A DNA stretch of 64,000 nucleotides from Eledone cirrhosa (Eukaryota): contig OZ024747.1 in assembly GCA_964016885.1 (NCBI GenBank), positions 48,670,001 to 48,734,000 of the forward strand, given 5' to 3'. Of the stretch, positions 55,127 through 64,000 are shown piece after piece. Position 1 is the stretch's first letter, and each line of letters begins with the position of its first letter. The position numbers and the translations under genes are program-made. Under the pieces are notes generated by a model. The model saw only the letters and a program-made list of their open reading frames with translations, searched no databases and was not told the DNA's origin.

Positions 55127-55197
55127 TATTTTATCTGATGAAAACGCAGATATCATCTCATGATGATATTTGTTTTTGAAATGCGCATAATAAAATA
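55127..55197 (+). ncRNA. Minimal type I hammerhead ribozyme motif
   Basis: tattttat-CTGATGA-[long stem II gcagatatcatc/gatgatatttgt]-GAAA-tgcgca-TA-ataaaata; 8-bp stem I, palindromic stem III atgcgcat; predicted cut after A55189. Confidence 0.78.
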
Positions 55198-55225
55198 CTT
55201 GGAACTCTTTTAACCATCTTTTGAT

Positions 55226-55329
<104 letters not shown>

Positions 55330-55354
55330 CATATATATATACATATATATATAC

Positions 55355-55577
<223 letters not shown>

Positions 55578-56046
55578 CAGCTTGCTTGAAACATTGTTGA
55601 ATAGGAAACACAAATTTAAATTTGTAAACCAACACAATGCGCATGAAGAATGTTAAATTGCCAAGATAACAAAAGAATCTTACCTTAGCAAATTTAACGA
55701 TCCCAAATATTTTCGGGTTTAAAAATCCATTATCAAGACAGTAACCCTATGATAGGGTTATCTCTCATATGGTTACCCTTTTGATAATGGATTTTTAAAC
55801 TCGAAAATAATACTTCATGTAGCAGTTGTGATCTTATCGTCTCCACGTGCCTGTGTGATGTAAACCTCTTCTGCATGTTTATTGCTTTTTTTGCTGTGTT
55901 CTTTGTGTTTTATTGCAATGAATGTTATTTTAATTATCATCATCATTTGTGTCATATTATATGTGTACACACACGAACCTTCATATACACAGTCATTTAT
56001 GTGAGTGAGAACATTTATATATATATATAGATATATATATATATAT

Positions 56047-56539
56047 CAGTGGCGAACGGTAACCTGGAAAGCAGGGCATGCAGTCCAATCGCCATGGCGG
56101 AAAGTAGGGCTGTGCAGCCTTACTCCCCATTCCCTCTAAATGACCCTCCCCGTTAAAGCCGCATGTAGTGTTATCTAGTGTGTGTGTGTGTGTTATCTTT
56201 TTATGTGTCTACCATTTAGTAAGCAGTCAAAATTCTGCTTGCCCCAAAGCTGTCGTGTGTTTGTGTGTATGTGTTTGTGTGTATGTGTTTGTGTGTATGT
56301 GTTTGTGTGTATGTGTTTGTGTGTATGTGTTTGTGTGTATGTGTTTGTGTGTATGTGTTTGTGTGTATGTGTTTGTGTGTATGTGTTTGTGTGTATGTGT
56401 GTGTGTGTTATCTTTTTTTGTGTCTATACGTTTTAGTAAGCAGCCAAAATTCTGCTTGCTTCAACCGACGCAATTGATCAACTCAAGATTCTATAACGCA
56501 TGCACTGCATGCGTTGCATGCACGGGCCCTTCGCCCCTG
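56047..56539. mobile_element. hAT-like MITE inserted in (TA)n, with internal 14-bp tandem repeat
   Basis: TIRs CAGTGGCGAA/TTCGCCCCTG (9 of 10); internal (gtgtatgtgtttgt)n at about 56255-56405. Confidence 0.6.
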
Positions 56540-56749
56540 ATATATATATATATATATATTCATACATACATATATGTTAGTTTTACAAAAGTAAAACTGA
56601 CAGGAATAGACTGCGGGAATCGAACAACGCACATGTAAACCGGGCACCTGTGAGTCCAAAACACTAAGGTGACCAGGCACATTTTTAGTATCAAATTCTT
56701 GGCGTTTTTCAATGCACTTCATTTTATTATAGAACTCTTCACCATTTAT

Positions 56750-56803
<54 letters not shown>

Positions 56804-57008
56804 TATACATAAATGTGAATATATACATATAGTTGTGTGTGTGTGTGTGTGTGTGTTTATTTATCAGTGCGTGTGCATGAGTTATTGTTATGCATTGAAA
56901 AAAACCACGTGTATTTACATCAGTTAGAAAAGCATATTAAAAATAACGATATAAATAATAACAACCATATCATGAATATTACATATTATATACATACATA
57001 CAAATATA

Positions 57009-57102
<94 letters not shown>

Positions 57103-57289
57103 ATTTTGAGGATGTGTTGGTTGTTTACCGATAGCTCTGTATGCAAGTTGGAGCACTCAACGATGTGCGCAGGTTGGTTTGTTTACTCCGGAGTAATGTA
57201 AAAACAAGAAGTGTAAACAGGGTAAAATTAGCTTCGTTTATTCATATGAATAAACGAAGGTAATTTTACCCTGTTAACTTACACTTCGT

Positions 57290-57333
<44 letters not shown>

Positions 57334-57693
57334 GCAAGTTTGAAGAACAGTTAGATAAAATATACCCAATCTTTCTTCACCCTAGTCCGCAGAAATCAAC
57401 TAGATAAATAATCATTTAAACGGAGCTATAAGTTTAAAATGTAACTATGCAGAAATAATAGATAAATGGTACAGTTTATTCCCCGCGAGGAACAGTCAGA
57501 TAACATTTACCCAGTCTTTTCTCTTAGCCCGTAGAAATTAACTAGACAAATAATCAAAAAATGCATATAAACTTTACCAAAATTCCTCTAGTCCCGACTA
57601 TCGATAGTTTCGCTAGTACCTTGTTGATATGTCCAATCCTGGTATTATCCATGATGTTTAGAGCTTATCTCTCTATATATAAAACACACACAC

Positions 57694-57779
<86 letters not shown>

Positions 57780-58056
57780 AAATAAAGATCCGAAGGCATG
57801 GTATAAAATTCTATCATTTTAATCACGACACATGTTTCAATAAGAGATAGATCGATCGTGCGGCCATGATAGATGTCGTGATTCAAATGATTGGAAATTT
57901 ATACCATGCCTTCGGATCTTTATTTTGATACAAATACTCCGTTTTACATCATCTAGTTGTTCCCATAAATGGAATTGGAGATATACAAAAGCGTGGAGAA
58001 CTTAATATTGCTAACAAAAGTTTATTGGACCGTATGACACAACCAATTATACACCT

Positions 58057-58137
<81 letters not shown>

Positions 58138-58543
58138 TAGATATAGATATATAGATATATTATATATATATGTAGATATATTATACATATAACAATATTA
58201 TATAAAATATTTCCAGTATTTTGTTAATTGAATGGTTATTGATTTTGAAAAAATCGATTGTAATAATACCTACAATCTATTTAGGAAGAGTGCCTCAAAG
58301 CACATAAAAAAAAATAGGGAACGGGGTTTAGAATTGTAATCAATTTTCAAGCATTGAAATTACTTTGGATATACTCTCACAGCAGTAAGAAACACTGAAA
58401 TACTAGCATATCACAGTAAAAACCTTTATACACGGGTATTACACACACACACACACACACAGACACAAACACACACAAACACACACACATATATATATAA
58501 TGCAGCGATTCTTTGCTTAAACTTTAATCTGTTATTTTAATAA

Positions 58544-58592
<49 letters not shown>

Positions 58593-58710
58593 AATGTATG
58601 AATATATGCATACACATGCACATACACATACACTACACTCACAAATGCAAACACACACACAAACACAGGCACACACACACACAGATAGACACACATGCCC
58701 ACACACACAC

Positions 58711-58741
<31 letters not shown>

Positions 58742-59387
58742 CATACATGTCCAATATATATCACGTGTATGTATTGCTGGGCGTATAGTCATCCGGCTCT
58801 TTATTAATGTGCATGTCACTAGAAGCTCTATACACTGGACCAAAAATCTTGGAGTATCTCCTCCTTCAAGTAATATTTAGAATAAGGATTAATCGATTGA
58901 AATTAATTGTTTCTACTTTAGGCACAAGGTCAGCAATTACCCAGTGCATTACTGGTACTTTATTTTATCGACCCCGTAAGGATGAAAGACAAAGTCTACC
59001 TCGGCGGGATTTGAACTCAGATCGTAAAGGGACGTAACTATGCTGGAAAGCATGGCGTCCGACCCTCTACTGATACTGCCAATCCACATTAATATTAATA
59101 GATTGGGTTTGCTGTTAATGTTTAATATTACGTTAGGCGTGGTACAGCTCGCATGGAACGCATGATATCTCGTGATTAGTGTTAATATGATGTTCTTGCT
59201 TATCGTTAGGATATTACAACATACACAGACGGACACACAGACGCACACGCACATACACAGCATACTTACACACGCATACACACACACATACATACACACT
59301 TATATAAATACATTTCTTACTTACAGACATCATACAGACACACACATATAGACACACACACACACACACATATATACATATATATAT

Positions 59388-59464
<77 letters not shown>

Positions 59465-59498
59465 CATACATACATACATATATATACATATATATATA

Positions 59499-59578
<80 letters not shown>

Positions 59579-59737
59579 TTTGGCTCTACATGGCTGAATA
59601 CAATAAATGTAATCTGAGTTTTTCGAATATTAATAATAACATTCGATTCGTTTGCAATTATGCAAACAAGCCTCATTTTTAAAGCCATGTCAGTAGAATG
59701 AGCCCCCCATTCTTGCTCTTGTATTGGCATGTAAACA

Positions 59738-59787
59738 GAACTGCAGACACTAATGTTTCTGGGTATCACCCTTCATCAGTACAGCTC
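59738..59787 (-). ncRNA. Type I hammerhead ribozyme motif, intact
   Basis: gagctgta-CTGATGA-agggt gat accca-GAAA-ca ttag tg-TC-tgcagttc; 8-bp stem I (two G-U), GUC cleavage triplet. Confidence 0.8.
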
Positions 59788-60029
59788 ACTGTTCACCTGC
59801 CAACTGTCAGAGCTAGTGAAAATATATGCTATTTTCTAAAAGATACAGTGACTGAGCGAAAATTTTCTTTTTTTTTTTTGAATTTGGCAAAGCCGGCCAT
59901 TTATCGCTCGTATACAGGAAACTGACTGGCCAATCTGCTGATATGCAAATCTGGCCGATCAGTCACTTTATATTTTAGAAAATAGCAGCATATATTTTCA
60001 CTAGCTCTGAGAGTTGGCAGTTGAACAGT

Positions 60030-60079
60030 GAGCTGACCTGATGAAGGGTGATACCCAGAAACATTAGTGTCTGCAGTTC
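60030..60079 (+). ncRNA. Type I hammerhead motif, inverted copy with damaged stem I
   Basis: Same core and stems II/III; gagctgac replaces gagctgta, giving two mismatches next to the core. Confidence 0.6.
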
Positions 60080-60246
60080 TGTTTACATGCCAACACATGA
60101 GCCAAAATGGAGAGTTCATTCTTCTGACATGGCTTTAAAAATGAGGCTTGTTTGCATAATTGCAAACGAATCGAATGTTATTATTAATATTCGAAAAACT
60201 CAGATTACATTTATTTTATATATATATATATAAAATATATATATAT

Positions 60247-60311
<65 letters not shown>

Positions 60312-60490
60312 GTGTGTTTATATATTATATAAGCTGGTTATTGAGGGAGGAATAATGAAATGTAAAATAAATGAAAATGTATTTCAACCACGTTTAAGGT
60401 TACTAGGATTATAGTTTGTTAGTGAAATTATTTTGGTTTTGGAAAGTTAAGTTTAAAGTATGTAGTTATTGTTAGTGCTGCTCAATGCAG

Positions 60491-60626
<136 letters not shown>

Positions 60627-61695
60627 AAGCAAATGTAGTCAACAACAACAACAACAACAAAACGCAACAAATATACTTTATTGCTTACTTTCTTCAGAAA
60701 CCCTTAAGTCGATTTTATTTATTTATTTATTTATTTATTGATTTTGATTTGTCAAAAGCACTTAGTTCCAAAAGTCTAGGGCGTATTTAGTTTAACATTT
60801 AAACAAAGAAATTGCCTGCAAAATGTTTAAAAAAATACATTAAATGGAATTGTATTCCGTAGCTATTAGTGTTTCTCATCTTCTTCCTTCCCTCATTCTT
60901 TACTACCTCGATTCCTGAATTCTTGATGGAATTATAAGAACGACACGTTAAATCACACGTCGTGTCTTGGACATCTCTGAAGTCTGGTAAAACCCATTCC
61001 TCTTTCCAGTTGTGACCCCAGCCAATTTTGTTTACCAGATAGAAGGCAAGACAGAGATAGATAGATAGAGAGAAGAGGAGAGAAGAAGAATAAACCCCAG
61101 TATTTGAATGATATTTTATTTAGCGACTCTGAAATGATGGCAACGTTAATATCGTCAACGTTTAAAAAATATTTTCTGCTGTTTTAATATTCTTATTATG
61201 ACCTTTAATAATCGTTCTTTTCAAAACACCAGCATGAAAAAGTTGACCGCAGCGAAATTTGAATTCAGAGTACAGAGAGCTGGCACAAAAACTTTAAATC
61301 ATTTTATCGGCTGCACAAACAACGCTGCCAATTCTCCAACTTACCATATTTATATTTCATATTAAACCCTTCTAATAGTAACATTCTAAATGTCTAAAGT
61401 CTGTCTCGCGGCCAGTGCTTATCCCGGTTTCCGTGGCATGAAGCAACTGAGAGTACAAGACTCCTCATTGGACAGGACGCCAGTCCATCTCAGGGTTAAC
61501 CGCCCAGCTATTGCTGGTACTCATTTTCAGCTGAGTATACTGGAAAAACGTGAAATGAAGTATTTTGCTCAAGAACACAATAGGCAACCCAGCTCTAGAA
61601 TCGAACCAACGACATTATGTTCGTAAGTCCAAAACTCTTACCACTAAGCCATACACGTCCACATACCAATAGCATTAGCGAAACTTTAATAGAGG

Positions 61696-62248
61696 TAGGG
61701 AGTTATGGCAGTTGATATAATTGCGGGTCTCACAAGGTCCTATACGAAGCATGCAGCCATTTTAACAATAGGGTTAGGGAGTTATGGCAGTTGATATAAT
61801 TGCAGGTCTCACAAGGTCCTATACGAAGCATGCAGCCATTTTAACAATAGGGTTAGGGAGTTATGGCAGTTGATATAGTTGCGGGTCTCACAAGGTCCTA
61901 TACGAAGCATGCAGCCATTTTAACAATAGGGTTAGGGAGTTATGGCAGTTGATATAGTTGCGGGTCTCACAAGGTCCTATACGAAGCATGCAGCCATTTT
62001 AACAATAGGGTTAGGGAGTTATGGCAGTTGATATAATTGCAGGTCTCACAAGGTCCTATACGAAGCATGCAGCCATTTTAACAATAGGGTTAGGGAGTTA
62101 TGGCAGTTGATATAGTTGCGGGTCTCACAAGGTCCTATACGAAGCATGCAGCCATTTTAACAATAGGGTTAGGGAGTTATGGCAGTTGATATAGTTGCGG
62201 GTCTCACAAGGTCCTATACGAAGCATGCAGCCATTTTAACAATAGGGT
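61696..62248. repeat. 79-bp tandem repeat, 7 copies
   Basis: Unit tagggagttatggcagttgatata[a/g]ttgc[g/a]ggtctcacaaggtcctatacgaagcatgcagccattttaacaatagggt. Confidence 0.96.
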
Positions 62249-62341
62249 CAAATGATCAAATAATGAAGCAATGGTTATTTTTGTTTTATTTAAGGCAATG
62301 AATCCTAATGTCTGTCAACCCACTCCCAACTCTCTCTCTCT

Positions 62342-62406
<65 letters not shown>

Positions 62407-62563
62407 TCTCTCTCCCTCTCCCTCTCTTTCACCCCTCTCACTCTCTCTCTCTCTCTCTCTCCACACACAAACACACGCACATATATATATATATATATAT
62501 ACATATATACATATATATCACTCTCTCTCTCTCCCCTCTCTCTCTCTCCCTCTTTCTCTGTAG

Positions 62564-62607
<44 letters not shown>

Positions 62608-63068
62608 CAGTACACTCTTTTACAATACAGATGAAAGCAATCAATCTCATAAGATTTCTTAAGATTTATGGATAACATTTCAAAGACATTTTATGTCTTT
62701 ACCACAATAATCTCTCTTCTTTGTTGGATTTCTTGAAAAATAAATCTGCCAGAGCGTGTCAGTGACGCATCATTGCAGTATATTATTCCGATTCCATTCC
62801 ACAAGACTCCAATATAGTTTTTTTTATCTTATTAAGTGAGGTCACATATGCTATATCAAAGGCCAACAATATCATGTCCATGAGACAAGAAGATAGCTTC
62901 GTTACGATGACGATTTGTATCGTCTCGTAAAAACGAGATTAACTAATATATAACAATACATTAGTATACAGCTATACAACTTTATAGACAGACGTATATA
63001 TCGCACTACATCCTACGGCTGCTTATTTCAAATAGAGGTTTTGCTCGTTTTCTCTCACTATCTTTAAT

Positions 63069-63107
<39 letters not shown>

Positions 63108-64000
63108 GTGTGCGAGATCAAGAGTAAGAATAGATAATATAGTATATAAAGAGACATAGGTAAACAATAGACCAGAATTTACACGAGGAATGTTGTCTTT
63201 TCTGCAGTAAAGTGCCAGGCAAACTGATATTGGACGACTAATAGACTCCATTTTGGACAGCATAAAATAAATATTTGTTGCAAAATTACATTTTTTGTTG
63301 TTTTTATGTGTTTTACATTTTGAACCATAAATGAATTTTGGAGAAAGAGTAATGGAAGGAAGAAATAATGTATAAAAGGATGATGAATTTGTTGCTGAAT
63401 AATATAAGAGTAGTAAATATGACCATACAAAATGGTCGTTCTGAAAAGAAGTGAATTTAAAAATTGTGAGAAGCTAAATAGGAGGAGAAGAATGGATAAA
63501 AAATAAAGGAGATGTAAGTGAAGAATTATGAATGAAAGTAGAAATGGGGAATGGAATGATAAATAGATAAACCACACAAAAAAGGAGATAAATGATAATA
63601 TCAATGACATGGAAAGCAGAATGAAAATGGCGTGTAGATAAGACGTAAGCAAAAATATATATGGAAGATGAAATATAAATAAATACACAATGAATGAATG
63701 GAAAGAACAAAAGCCGATCATCAGATCAAACCAAAGGATTGTTTCCATTGGCCATATCATTACTCATACTGTTTGACTGGCAGAAGAAGGCATCATTTGA
63801 ACTTAGCATACCCAGAGCGGGATAATATATCGCAAAGTATCTGATTCTATTCCTTAACAACAATTTTGCCTATCCACCTCTCTTAAACTTGTACTTTATT
63901 CATCAAATCTGAAAAGATGACTGGCAAAGTTGACTTCGGTTGGATTTGAACTCAGAGTGCAGTGACATGGAACATATATCGATGTATTTAACCAAACGCT

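Larger units (their letters stand above)
59602..60215. mobile_element. Fold-back element: inverted arms of about 255 bp between (TA)n tracts, each arm carrying a hammerhead motif
   Basis: Arms about 59602-59858 and 59956-60215 are reverse complements; a deleted relative lies at 54661-54918. Confidence 0.85.

Noticed and set aside
61768-61780. Interstitial telomere
   Set aside because: Only one TTAGGG per 79-bp unit, not a (TTAGGG)n tract

Overview
This is eukaryotic, AT-rich, microsatellite-dense animal DNA. The SINE and repeat complement suggests a mollusc, probably an octopod cephalopod (inference). The main host feature is one + strand type IV collagen alpha-chain gene. I traced 21 phase-consistent GT-AG exons by hand (160-39528, 3423 nt, about 1140 aa): a Cys-bearing 7S region, an interrupted Gly-X-Y domain and a 12-Cys NC1 domain. 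The start/signal-peptide exon lies upstream of the window. The chain is unusually short and divergent. Introns and the gene-free 24 kb downstream hold tRNA-derived SINEs, decayed non-LTR retrotransposons (R4/Dong-, Tx1/L1-, CRE-, CR1-, RTE-like), a Penelope-like GIY-YIG remnant, MITEs, minisatellites and many hairpins. The most notable unannotated signals are (i) several minimal hammerhead-ribozyme motifs beside (TA)n tracts, some in inverted pairs and one next to the Penelope endonuclease remnant, and (ii) a 46-bp minisatellite built from a Tx1/L1 zinc-finger coding segment. Most ORFs in the supplied track are microsatellite artefacts. No prokaryotic system, CRISPR array or rRNA/tRNA gene is supported.
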